A stretch of DNA of 62,143 nucleotides, the filler included, from Vezdaea acicularis (lineage: Eukaryota), in NCBI GenBank assembly GCA_026025075.1. It is 4 parts of 4 records of this genome, joined end to end, with 100 filler letters (N's around TTAATTAATTAA, not from the genome) between each part and the next. Parts side by side here need not be neighbours in the genome. Positions count along the whole stretch, not along the records: positions 15,740 to 31,269 come from JAPEUI010000221.1; positions 31,370 to 46,736 come from JAPEUI010000222.1; 2 more parts are not named here. One strand, given 5' to 3'. Of the stretch, positions 26,968 through 37,802 are shown one piece after another; position 1 is the stretch's first letter, and the number at the start of each line of letters is the position of its first letter. The notes under the pieces are model-generated. The model saw only the letters and a program-made list of their open reading frames with translations, had not been told where the DNA came from and made no database searches. A program made the position numbers and the translations under genes.

Positions 26968-27817
26968 ATGGGTAAGCTGGTTTTTCCTTTTCTCAAAAGC
27001 CTTGGAAATTGCAAAATAAATCGACATCTTCGAACTTTGAACGTGGGGCCCTCGATCAATGCAGAAGAGCTGGTACCATGCTGGCACGGGTGACAGAAGG
27101 CTTTGTGCTCTTGCTAATGAAAATAAAGCAACATGAATGATGGACGCTGATACTGGATTGAATAGGCCGTCTCAAGGAATATCAGGTGATCGGTCGTCAC
27201 CTCCCGACCGATGCCAATCCAACGCCAAAACTCTACCGAATGCGTATCTTCGCTCCTAACAATGTCGTCGCAAAGTCTCGGTTTTGGTACTTTCTAATGA
27301 AGTTGAGGAAAGTGAAAAAGGCAAACGGCGAGATCGTCACCCTTAATGAGGTACGCGGCAAGAGGGGTCATAACCCAATGTATGATTCGCACATGGATGA
27401 GGACTGATGGCGATGCGCTTAGATTCACGAGAAGCGGCCCATGAAGGTCAAGAACTTCGGCATCTGGATTCGATATGATTCCCGTTCTGGCACTCACAAC
27501 ATGTACAAGGAGTACCGAGAGATGTCCCGCACAGAAGCCGTAGAGGCGCTCTATCAAGATATGGCAGCCCGGCATAGATCTCGCTTCCGGTCAATTCACG
27601 TAAGAGATATTACCTCTCTGAAGTGTGATTGATCAGCGTGCTGACAAGGAACGTGTAGATTCTCAAAGTTGTCGAGATCGAAAAGACCGCCGACGTGAAG
27701 CGGGTGTATGTGAAGCAACTCCTTACCAAGGGTCTCAAATTCCCACTCCCCCATCGTGTGCCGAAGTCATCAAGCACGAAGCTCTTCTCTGGAAAGCGAC
27801 CGTCAACCTACTTCTAG
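26968..27817 (+). CDS. RPL20: 60S ribosomal protein eL20 (L20/L18a); 4 coding exons, first is the 4-nt ATGG
   Basis: [16 protein letters not shown]...[55 protein letters not shown]...KRPSTYF*. Confidence 0.97.
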
Positions 27818-28324
27818 ATAGATGGTGTCGCAGGGAGGTTTAGGATGAATGGTGGCGATCCAAGATTTGTTGCATTCATCAAATAGCAAACTTAAAGATG
27901 AAGTAGAAATACTGCATGTAACATCTTTCACTCCACAATCTTTGGGCATGAGACAGAGCCTGTGATTTGCGATTGCTTTTTGCCGCCATATGCTTCGCCC
28001 GAAATGCCGTTTCCTCTTTCCCCCCTTTGTTGCTCGGCCCTGGCATTTCTCAACTCAAAGTAATGAATCCAACGCACAATTAAGCAAAGCGAGGGTACTA
28101 AAATACAGCCCACCCATACCCTGTGGCTAGTCCTTTGAGGATCCATTCATATGCTCACCGGGCTCGAATTCCCGAATCCAGCCTAGCGCCACGTTAAATT
28201 CCAGTCTCGCGAAGCGTGGCCTCTCCTGGCAAGTCTCGAGACCAACGCACCTCTCAATTTTTCTACCACTACCCCTGCACAGAATCGCAGCGACTGAAGA
28301 ATATTACAATTACAAAACACCATA

Positions 28325-29221
28325 ATGGTGAGTTATATTGAAATTTCTTATAGTGTTTTTTTGAGGATTTTAGCCGCCAGGCATTGCGATTACTAGATGC
28401 CTCGGGGGGACCATCACGGTGGACTGCTTGAGAGCACAAGACATCTTCGACACTTCAAGGCATTGCTTAAAGACTGCATAAGCGGCGGATATTTGATCTC
28501 TTTTACGAGACAAACAACGAGAAGCATGGCTCTTGTACCGTCCGGCGCTCAGCACCAGCTTTGGACTTTCTCTGCTGTGCGCCATTCACACGACCTTGGG
28601 CCCTTACCCTCCGCCTACATCGAAGCTTCTCATCCGCCTTCAGATGTCCTTGTATTGCCAGTCTAACACCCAACTAATCATCTAAAAAAACAGTCTTCAC
28701 CACCAACCTCCCCACCCCCAACATCCGGGTCAAGCACCGCCCGGCCTTCCTCTCCGACTCCTCCAGGCGGCCCGAAGACTGCGATCCGGCGAAAAGCGGC
28801 TGCAGACCGCGCAGACAAGGTCGCGAATGCGCGCCCCAGCAGTACAAGGAGCGCAGGCGCAGGTGGGAGTAGCAGCACAATGTTAAGTACGTATCCTTTA
28901 AAACTCTGGGTGTGATGGAAGCGACAGTTGGGGCGGCGAAGCAGCGGGATACTGTCCGGGGGAGTATAAGAGCAAAGAAATCAGGGGGGAGAGCGCTCAC
29001 AGAGCCAATTGAGTTTTCGCTGACCATATTTAACAGGATTATACACCGATGAATCGCCAGGGCTAAAAGTCGATCCAGTCGTGGTGCTGGTGTTGAGTCT
29101 AGGTTTTATCTTCAGCGTCGTCGCGCTGCACAGTTAGTACCGTCCACTCTCTTTCCCTCAATAATTCTTCTAAACGGCTTCTGTAGTCATTGCAAAGATC
29201 ACGAAGAAGTTCGCAGCATAG
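28325..29221 (+). CDS. SBH1: Sec61 translocon beta subunit, 4 exons (absent from ORF track)
   Basis: ATG|SSPP...[22 protein letters not shown]...[54 protein letters not shown]. Confidence 0.92.
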
Positions 29222-29571
29222 TCTTGCGCGAGAACCTGAAAAAGCGGGAGATGTGTACGACTATTGGTTGCATCGAGGAAACATGCTATTTGTCTTTTAA
29301 GCCTGCAGCGCTTTAAATGGGATATCAGCGTGAAATAAAGCCAGGGATACGGGGTGCGATTATGCTACGGTCAACGTTATGCCTAGACAGAGTGGTCGTA
29401 TATATATGGATAACTGATGCACGGCACTGTGGACTGTGTATTGTCTATTATACGACATCCAACCACTAAAATAGAATCCCTTGACCGAAGTTCCTTCATT
29501 GCCGAATATATCAGGAGAGTTGCCGGGCTCAGTGACATACATCTTGAGTTGGTGTGATCATTTTCCTGTTC

Positions 29572-29689
29572 CTGGAGTATCGGAGATTCGGCACTTTTCT
29601 GATTCGCCCCTCCGGAAAAAAAAAGTTGTCGAGATGCGGCATTGCATCATGTCCCGGAGCCCCACATTCCACGGCAGTGTTTCGCGGGG
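29572..29689. promoter_or_regulatory. Cluster of five CreA/Mig1-type SYGGRG sites upstream of xylose reductase
   Basis: CTGGAG 29572, CTCCGG 29610, CCGGAG 29654, CCCCAC 29660, GCGGGG 29684; fits carbon catabolite repression, but the motif is short and common. Confidence 0.4.
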
Positions 29690-29803
29690 TACCGCAACGG
29701 AAGGCATAAGAAGACCGCAACTTCTCCATCTTCCCAAATTGTCATTCTGAATACCCTGCAAATCCTCCCTTTCGTTTCCACAGAGCATTCAGGAGCAGTA
29801 ATC

Positions 29804-30916
29804 ATGGCCTCACCAACCATCAAGCTCAATTCCGGCCATCAGATGCCCGTTGGTATGTGCCCGACCCTCCCTCTGTGATTTGAAGCACGCGACGTCCGGT
29901 AGATTGATAGCTTTCGTATTATAGTCGGCTTTGGCCTCTGGAAAGTCAACAACGACACCTGCGCCGACCAGGTCTACGCCGCCATAAAAGCGGGCTACCG
30001 CCTCTTCGACGGCGCATGCGGTATCCTCCTCCCCCCCTCCCCCCATACCCTCTAAACCCTCCAACCTAACATCCTCCTCCCAGACTACGGCAACGAAGTC
30101 GAAGCCGGCCAAGGCATCGCCCGGGCCATCAACGACGGGCTCGTGAAACGCTCTGACCTCTTCCTCGTCAGCAAACTCTGGAACTCCTTCCACGGCCCCG
30201 ACGAAGTCGGCCCCATCTGCCGCAAACAACTATCCGACTGGAACATCGACTACTTCGACCTCTACCTCATCCACTTCCCAATCGCCCTCGCCTACGTCCC
30301 GCCTTCCACGCGGTATCCCCCGGGCTGGTACTTCAACGACACCACGAACGAAATCCGCACCGCCCCCCATTCCACCCAGCAGACCTGGTCCGCCATGGAA
30401 TCCCTCGTTCCCGCCGGTCTAGCCCGGAGTATCGGCGTCAGCAACTTCGCCGGCGCACTCCTCATGGATCTACTCCGCTACGCAAAGATCCGCCCCGCGA
30501 CGCTGCAGATTGAACATCATCCCTACCTGACCCAGCCCGAGTTAGTGACGCTTGCGCATAGAGAGGGCATTGCCGTGACGGCGTATAGTTCTTTCGGGCC
30601 CCTCTCTTTCCGGGAATTAGATATCAAGAAAGCTGTCGATGCCCCTTTACTCTTCGAGAACCCCATCGTGCGGAAGATCGCGGACAAGCACGGCAAGAGT
30701 CCCGCGCAAGTCCTGCTCCGCTGGGCGACGCAAAGGGGCGTGTGTGTCATTCCCAAGAGCAATGATCCGGCTCGGCTGCGGCAGAATCTGGAGGGGGCCG
30801 CCGCGGGGGGATTCGAGTTGGCGGCGGAGGAGCTAAAGGAGTTGAGTGGGCTGGATAGGGGACTGAGGTTTAATAACCCGATGGACTATTTGGGGGAGTT
30901 GCCGATTTTCGCGTAG
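29804..30916 (+). CDS. XYL1: NAD(P)H-dependent D-xylose reductase (aldo-keto reductase), 3 exons
   Basis: [18 protein letters not shown]...[61 protein letters not shown]. Confidence 0.93.
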
Positions 30917-31083
30917 GTGGGGAAATGGGGGGAAAGATGTTGTTTTTATATTGGGTTTGAAAACTATGTATAGTAGGAGACGCCGTATTAGATGCTAACC
31001 CCCACAAGTGATTCGCCCCTGGCGTTATACTGTGGTCTAAACGCCAGAAGATTACTCGCTCTATTCATGCCCTCTCTACATCC

Positions 31084-31269
31084 CTACGAGACCCTCACAA
31101 AAGCTACACCCGCGTCAGCAAAATCACTTTCCTAACCAATACTCTCATAGCCCAACAACTCACTTGCGTCAATCTGCTGCACCTGCGGCAGGGCCAAGCG
31201 CACTTTATTCCGATACAGCACCGGATTCTGCGTCTGCAGGGGATTGCCTTCGAAGTAGACGGTATCGAG
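31084..31269 (-). CDS. SDS22: 3' end of PP1 regulatory subunit Sds22 (LRR cap); remainder in the gap
   Basis: LDTVYFEGNPLQTQNPVLYRNKVRLALPQVQQIDA|TFVRVS*. Confidence 0.85.
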
Positions 31270-31369
31270 NNNNNNNNNNNNNNNNNNNNNNNNNNNNNNN
31301 NNNNNNNNNNNNNTTAATTAATTAANNNNNNNNNNNNNNNNNNNNNNNNNNNNNNNNNNNNNNNNNNNN
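31270..31369. other. Artificial assembly spacer 44N-TTAATTAATTAA-44N
   Basis: Same spacer as at 15640. Confidence 0.97.
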
Positions 31370-31371
31370 GT

Positions 31372-32559
31372 GGAGCTCCGCTGGGTGCGCCACGCGGTCG
31401 GGGCATGCCTCCCGGGCGGGGCGGTCCTCCAGGCCGTGGTGGCCCTCCACCCCAAGGGATGATGCGCGGTGGAGCTCCTCCTCCGGGTGCTCCGCGTGGC
31501 AGAGGCGGCCCTCCTGGCGCCCCGGGTCGAGGTGGTCCTCCTCCCCCGGGCCAACAACGTCCAGCTGGCGCCCCTGGTGCTCCAGGTGCCCCACCAGGCT
31601 CAGCACCCCATGCGGCTCCCGGCGCCGCTGCGACGGCCCCAGCGGGTAAAGATAAGGGTATCGGCGGGTTGCTAGCTGGCGCGGCAGGCGGAACGGTCCT
31701 CGGAGCGGGCGCCGCTGGTCTCGCAGGCAAATTCTTCGGTGGCAAAGACAAGAAGCAACAAGCTGCGGCAGGAGCCCCAGGAGCACCAGGCGCCCCAGGG
31801 CACCCAGCCGCGTACGCAGCCGCTCCAGGAGCACCCGCAGCAGCACCGGGCAAGGCGGCAGCTCCCGCAAAGAACCACAACCTAGCCATGGGTCTCGGTG
31901 GTGCCGCCGCGGGTGCCCTCCTCGCGGGCGGCGCTGTCGCCGCATACGAGCACCACGAGAACGAAGAGAAGAAGGAGCACCAGCTCGAGAATGCCCTGAA
32001 GCACGCCCAAGGGGGCGGCGGACAATACGGTGGGGCCTCCCGCGGTTACGGAGGTGGCGGGTACGGAGGCGGCGGGTACGGCGAGTACGGGTACCAACAG
32101 CAGAGCGCAGGCTACTACGACGACAACAACGTGTGGATCGAGACGACCACGTATAATGATACGACCGTCTACGACAACAACGTCTACGACCAGACGAACG
32201 TGTACGAGCAGACCAACATCTACGAAGACAACACCTACGCCCAGACCGGCGTCTACGAGCAGACCAACGTCATCGATAATACCGTCTACGACCAGACCAC
32301 CGTCTACGATCAGACCACCTACGATCAGACCACCTACGATAATACAGTCTACGATAATACCACCTACGATACCACCACGTATGATACCACGACGTACGAC
32401 CAGACCACGTATGGCAATACCGAGTACGATCAGACGTACACGGAGACGGACACGTATGAGGAGACGGACACGACTGTGTACGACGGCGCGGGTGATACGT
32501 ATGAGGAGGTGGAAGCGGAGGAGACCGCCACGTACGACTTTGAAGCCGCAGAATTCTAG
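31372..32559 (+). CDS. Low-complexity Gly/Pro/Ala-rich protein with RGG motifs and an acidic Thr-Tyr-Asp repeat tail; 5' probably truncated by the gap
   Basis: Frame open from the gap to TAG 32559; strong C/G third-position bias; segmented composition. Confidence 0.8.
   Translation, partial: GAPLGAPRGRGMPPGRGGPPGRGGPPPQGMMRGGAPPPGAPRGRGGPPGAPGRGGPPPPGQQRPAGAPGAPGAPPGSAPHAAPGAAATAPAGKDKGIGGLLAGAAGGTVLGAGAAGLAGKFFGGKDKKQQAAAGAPGAPGAPGHPAAYAAAPGAPAAAPGKAAAPAKNHNLAMGLGGAAAGALLAGGAVAAYEHHENEEKKEHQLENALKHAQGGGGQYGGASRGYGGGGYGGGGYGEYGYQQQSAGYYDDNNVWIETTTYNDTTVYDNNVYDQTNVYEQTNIYEDNTYAQTGVYEQTNVIDNTVYDQTTVYDQTTYDQTTYDNTVYDNTTYDTTTYDTTTYDQTTYGNTEYDQTYTETDTYEETDTTVYDGAGDTYEEVEAEETATYDFEAAEF
32143..32460 (+). 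repeat. Coding tandem repeat of 15-18 bp units (consensus approx. ACCACCTACGATCAG) encoding T-T/V-Y-D-Q/N/T
   Basis: About 18 units; near-perfect copies such as cagaccacctacgat x2 and accacgtatgat. Confidence 0.85.
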
Positions 32560-33184
32560 TAGATCTTTCTTCAATCGCAACTTCTGTCTCCACAAAGGGA
32601 TGAAGATGTTGATGATCATCGAAGGGCCATCTAGGGGACCGCAGTCCGAGAATCCCCCTCCACCCCTCTCTCCTATATGTCTGCATGGCATTCTTTCTTT
32701 ATTGTTATTGCGCCGAAGTCGCGCTTCTGCTTTCTTCCTCCACCATTTCGCTCAAGGGGCTAAGAACGTGTCTTTTCTCGCTGCAGATCCTGGCGTTTTG
32801 CTTCTTGTTCCCCTCTCTCCAACCCCTAGCTTCCTTACCCTCTCCACATAGCGAACTTATCCCCCGAACCCAGCACAAATGCAATTTACATGACCTCGCC
32901 CCGCTTCTCACTCACCCTTGCCCCCCCCTCGCCATCATGTTCGTGCGTGGTTTCATCGGGCGAGGGGGCTGCAGAGGGGATGCGGGCCAGATGTCGCTGG
33001 GAGTAGCGTGAGGTAGCAATGGTATCTATTTCTATGCAAGGCTCTATAAGCAATGAAGTAGCTATATATATCCGTCCTAGCGATGACGCTCCGCGAAGCA
33101 AAAGACGGCTCTGCCCCCCCACCCTGATGCAGAGAAATAGCAATGCAACTCTACCCCTCCCCCCCTCCCCACTATGCTGTCCAC

Positions 33185-34386
33185 CTATATCTTCCCACCC
33201 CCCTCCCCCCTCCACACACCCTCCGGCAACACAGTCTCCTCAACCCCCCTCATCCATCTATTCGTCCTCTCCGCCAACGTGAGCGTCAGGACCGTATGCG
33301 GCAGAATCCGCGCCAAATGGGCTCCAAAGCCCTTATACACCGCCCACACCCCCTCCGCTTTGACCGTCTTTCGTATACAGTCCCATACCCCCGTATACAG
33401 GTTTCCGGACTGGTTATACATGCGGCTCATGATGGTATCGGGAGGATGCATTGCCAGACAAACCGCAAAGCCGGAGAAGGTCGAGGAGAGGAGGTGTAAG
33501 GCTGTTCCGTCGACGAGGCTGAAGTGCCGGGTTAAGCGCCGTTTGGCGAGGAAGTAGGTCGGCAGCTGCACCGCGCTGCCGAAGCCGGTGCGGAGCATGG
33601 CGGCCGAGACGCCGCGGTAGAGACCTTTTATTCCTTCTGCTTTGCGGATTTGTCGGAGCCCGTCCAGTGCGTGGGCGTAGGCGTGTTGCGTCCCGACTGG
33701 TCGAGAGGGGGAAAAGCTCTGCAGTCGGGTTTTGACGAGGAAGAAGGGGCTTCCGGCCGCGGCGCCAAGCAGGCCGGAGAACGCGCCGGAGAAGATGTTT
33801 ATGGGTAGCGATTGGGTGGTTGCGGTGGGCGAGGAGGGGTAGAGGAGGGAGGTCAGGGAGGAGCGGAGCGGCTCGTAGAAGCCCAGGCGGCATCCGTTCA
33901 GCAGGATTTGGTAGATGTAGGCGCTTCCGACGCCGCGCATGAGGCCCCGTGGCCCTTCGGTGCGTAGGATGGAGGTGTATCCATGGAGAACGCCGCGGTA
34001 GAGGCGTGGGGTGAGGGAGGTGGGTTGGAGTTCGCCTTGGAGTTGGAGTCTGGGGGGGGGTGTTAGTTTGGGTTGTGAAGAGGGGCGGGCCGGGGAGCAG
34101 GTGGAAGCAGTGTAGGAGGGAAGAGGTATAGTGAGAAAGAGAGGGTTATGGGAGGTAGAGAAAGGCAATGGGTGAAGGAGGAGAGGGTACCTAATCTTGA
34201 CGGTCTCGAAGCCATGCGTGACGGTCACCGCACCGCATGCCGCCAACCCACCAGCTATGAACGAGCTTTCCAACACATCAGCCTCATCCCCATATTCGCA
34301 AGCACAAGAAACAAGAAAAAGGGGGCCCGCCAGGAGGAGGGGGAAGGGGAAGGGGGGGGCGCATACCCAGCAGTAGTATGCGACAT
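33185..34386 (-). CDS. OAC1: Mitochondrial oxaloacetate carrier, 3 exons
   Basis: MSHTTAG|SFIAGGLAACGAVTVTHGFETVKIR|LQLQGEL, YQILLNGCRLGFYEP, GSPFFLVKTRLQS, RTGFGSAVQLPTY, RILPHTVLTL. Confidence 0.93.
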
Positions 34387-34895
34387 CCCGCGAATCTCTC
34401 ACACGTCCGCTTCTTCGCAAGGAACAAATTTTGCTGGGGGTACATGTAGTACAGTAGTGTTACGAGAAACCCATGATGAAGAATATCGCGAACGGATGCT
34501 TGCAGCGTTACGGGTAATAATAATTTGCGCCTCACTCGGAGGTAAAGGCACCCTTATTCAGCGTTGTACCACCGCAATGGGGGCCCGGACGTAAGACGGA
34601 TACTGGACCGCGCGATGCAGCTGCGTTCCGAAAATTGTTTTTCGCGGCGCTGATGCGAGACGGCGGAAAGCTTGGTGTTGGGTTCCGGCCGGATTATCTT
34701 GCGGGCCGATGACAGGGGAGGTCCTGGAGCCGCGGTAGCGGAAATCATCTTGTCGTCTGGGCATTTTGTTGCGCTTTACGAACGCATTTCCAGTTTTGGT
34801 CTTTCTCGATTATGGAGGTGAAAGGCGCACTGTGTGACGGGCTGATTTCTCATTCATTCTTCTTCTGAGGGGCGAGACTGTGTTCTACGTCTAGA

Positions 34896-35277
34896 ATGCC
34901 GCCTCCACCTCCCCCCCCTCAGGCGCCGCAGGCGGGGCGGGGCGCACAGCTCACGATCGCGGAGACGATTGATACCTTTAGGCCTGCAAAGGTGCATTTT
35001 CTGATCCCCGGCAATAGTCAGCAATGTAGAAGCTAATACGAGCGAAGATCTTCAAGCCGGATGCTACGCACAAGCATGTCACTTCACTTGACTTTGACGA
35101 CACGGGCGAGCTGTGCGTCACCGCCTCGACGGACGAGTCCCTCACGATCTATAATTGCAAAGAGGCGAAGACTGTCAATCAATGTATCAGCAAGAAGTAT
35201 GGTGCCCATTTAGGTCGGTTCACACATCATGCACAGTCAGTGCTATACGCCAGCACGAAAGTCAACGGTATGCCTCT

Positions 35278-35322
<45 letters not shown>

Positions 35323-36191
35323 TTTGACTCAAACCGTCTTCCCAAACGAGCGGAACCGTAGACTGACCTGCCAAAGACGACATCCGCTATCTCTCCACGC
35401 ACGACAACTCCTTCCTACGCTACTTCTCCGGGCACACCGGCCAAGTAACCTCCCTCTCGCTCTCCCCCGCAAACGACACCTTCCTATCCTCCAGCCTCGA
35501 CGACACCGTGCGCCTCTGGGACATACGCGCCCAGCACGCCACCGGCATCCTGAATCTCAAATCGCCCTACTTCACCGCCTACGACCCCGCCGCGACCGTC
35601 ATCGCCATCGCCTCAACCATCACCAGCAACGTCCTGCTCTACGACAGCCGCTACTGGAAAGAAGCGCCCTTCGCCACCTTCGACCTCCTGCCCCACGAAC
35701 GGAAGCACTCCCCCCTGCGCGCGAGCACGGGATGGACCGGCCTCGAGTTCAGCAACGACGGGAAGAGCATGCTCGTCAGCACATCCGGCCACGGCCACTT
35801 CGTGCTCGACGCCTTCAGCGGCGAGCTCAAAGCGTTTCTGTACCGCCGCTTCCCCGCCAACCGCGGCAGCCCCGACACCGGCTTCAACGACCCCTACGAA
35901 CAGCTCGATGAGCGCCGCCAGAAGTTTCCCAGTCAGGGCGACGCCTGTTTCAGTCCCGACGGCCGCTTCGTCCTGGCCGGCATGGGCAACACGGGATTGA
36001 GCGTGTGGGATCTGGAGGCGCACCCGGATGCGGAGCAGCGCTTGGGTCCGACGTATGAGCTGGAGAGTAAGGGCCGCGCGAGCGTCGTCGGCTTTAATCC
36101 GAGGTGGAACTTGTTTGCTTCCGGCGACCGCGAGTGTGTCTTTTGGATCCCAGATGAGGCTTTGTTGGAGAGTAAGATGGCTGTGGATTGA
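34896..36191 (+). CDS. SWD2: WD40 subunit of COMPASS/CPF (Swd2/WDR82), 3 exons
   Basis: TFRPAK|IF...VTSLDFDDTGE...SKKYGAHLGRFTHH...YASTKVN|DIRYLSTHDNSFLRYFSGH...LEFSNDGK...DACFSPDGRF. Confidence 0.92.
35279..35322. repeat. Poly(C)44 homopolymer within SWD2 intron 2
   Basis: Uninterrupted C run 11 nt after the GTATGC donor (35268). Confidence 0.9.
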
Positions 36192-36466
36192 TCACGGCAT
36201 GTGTATATAGGGCTGCGTCACTCGGCATAGAAAGGCGAATGCGATATCCCCTTTTTGATATTTGCTGGCGCCGGAGCTTCGTTGTATGTGCTCGTTCCTC
36301 GATTCCACGCCGACTTGGTAGTGTAACGGCTAAACACCCAAACAGAACCCTCTCAGCCAAAACGTGTACCTCTAAACAATTACCCAGTTTCCCTAACATT
36401 TTTTTGTGGATGGCCACCATTGAAGGGGCGCTAAGCTCAAACTCTATGTACCCCAAACCACCCTCG

Positions 36467-37082
36467 TTACAACGAGTAACCCCCTTTCTCTAACCTCCAG
36501 CCGCCCTTCATATGATCACCAACCTTCCAAGACCAGTCTATAACATGGGCGAGCGCCGGTATTACGACATCAATTTTCTCATTTACAACTCCTTCTTCCA
36601 CCCGATATATCCACTCCCCCGTTACTTCTAGACCTCCACTTCTCCTTAGAAAACCAGAGTCTCTTCTCCAATCGATGTATCATCATAAACAGCGCTCAAT
36701 CCTGTATACACGCTTGGGACACAACGCCCCCACCACAGCGTCCGTAACAAAGCTTAGGAAACATCTTCCTCCCCACGCAGCCAGCACTTCAGAATCGTAA
36801 CCCAAACCATCAATATCCTTATCCCCTCCACATCCAGCACACGCGCTGGCCTTCAATTTGGCCAATTCGCCCATACTTGCGCGAAAGCCCCTCCTCAAAA
36901 CCTTTGACGAGCTTGATAATTAATGAAAATGTGCCATTCATTAAGAGGGGAGCGGTGGCGACCTTGTTCGGTGTCCTTGGTCTTTTCTTGTTGATAGGTA
37001 TGTGTGGATCAGGGGGCGAGAGGACGCTTTGGAAAATCGTCGATCCTGGTGAGCAGCCTCTTCGAAGGGAAGTGCCGCTCAT
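36467..37082 (-). pseudogene. Possible decayed or orphan gene
   Basis: TATATAA at ~37142-48, ATG 37082, overlapping short ORFs, then after TGATGA a further ~70 protein-like codons; G-rich 3' end like neighbouring genes; no recognisable family. Confidence 0.25.
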
Positions 37083-37802
37083 CAGAGGAAACTGAGCACG
37101 CAATATTAAAGAACAATCAAGAACGAGATTGCCGCCTTGCCTTATATACTCCTTCGAGAGCAGCCAATCCCCCTTTCCACTCAAAGCCTATCCCCAGCCC
37201 TCCCCTCCTCCCCCCCTCCCCCTCCTGCCATTCTCCCACCATTCCCCCATTACTTCTAGACCCCCAAATGTCATGCATAGACCGATCTCTTCTCCAATTG
37301 ACGCAGTAGTTCAAAAGGGGTTCGATACTATAAATAAACCGCTTTCGTCGATATGAAGTGCTTTCGCCACAGGGTCTGTGGTGGAGGGTACGAAAGATCT
37401 TCCTCCCCATGCGGGAGGCGTTTTGGGGGAGAAACTAACGTGTTGCTCAGGATGCACAGCGGAGGGTAAACGAAGACTGTGCGTCTACGCCGTTAGAGAG
37501 GGGGTGGATGGTATTCTGTGGGGCCTCCCGTAGAACAACGAACCCCCTGAAAAATGGACGCCTCACTATTACATGGTCTAGCGCTATTGCGTAACGAGCG
37601 AAACGATCTGACTTCAATGGCAAACGACAGAGGAAGCATTCTCAGAGTCGAGGGAGTTCGCTAGATACATGCAATAAGGGCCTCCTATCCCAAAGCCAGA
37701 TATATAATTCCCATACGCAATCCGATCTAAAGTTATCCACCCATGCCCCCTTTCCTTCCTTCTCACAAACAAATGCTACAGTCTCAAACACCACATAACA
37801 GC

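Noticed and set aside
32143..32460. Repeat array as CRISPR-like
   Set aside because: Tandem coding repeats without unique spacers; eukaryotic context; no cas genes
31314..32851. Long overlapping ORFs on both strands and other frames around the Gly/Pro gene
   Set aside because: Expected shadows of a GC-rich, codon-biased repetitive CDS
33185..34420. 411-aa single-exon OAC1 with odd insertions
   Set aside because: The insertions are stop-free introns with clear donor, branch and acceptor signals; the real start is ATG 34386
35240..35911. 223-aa poly-proline ORF
   Set aside because: Artefact of reading through the intronic poly-C tract out of the SWD2 frame
37290..37340. GGTTCGA B-box-like words (also 10872, 43541) as tRNA genes
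   Set aside because: No cloverleaf or A-box geometry around them
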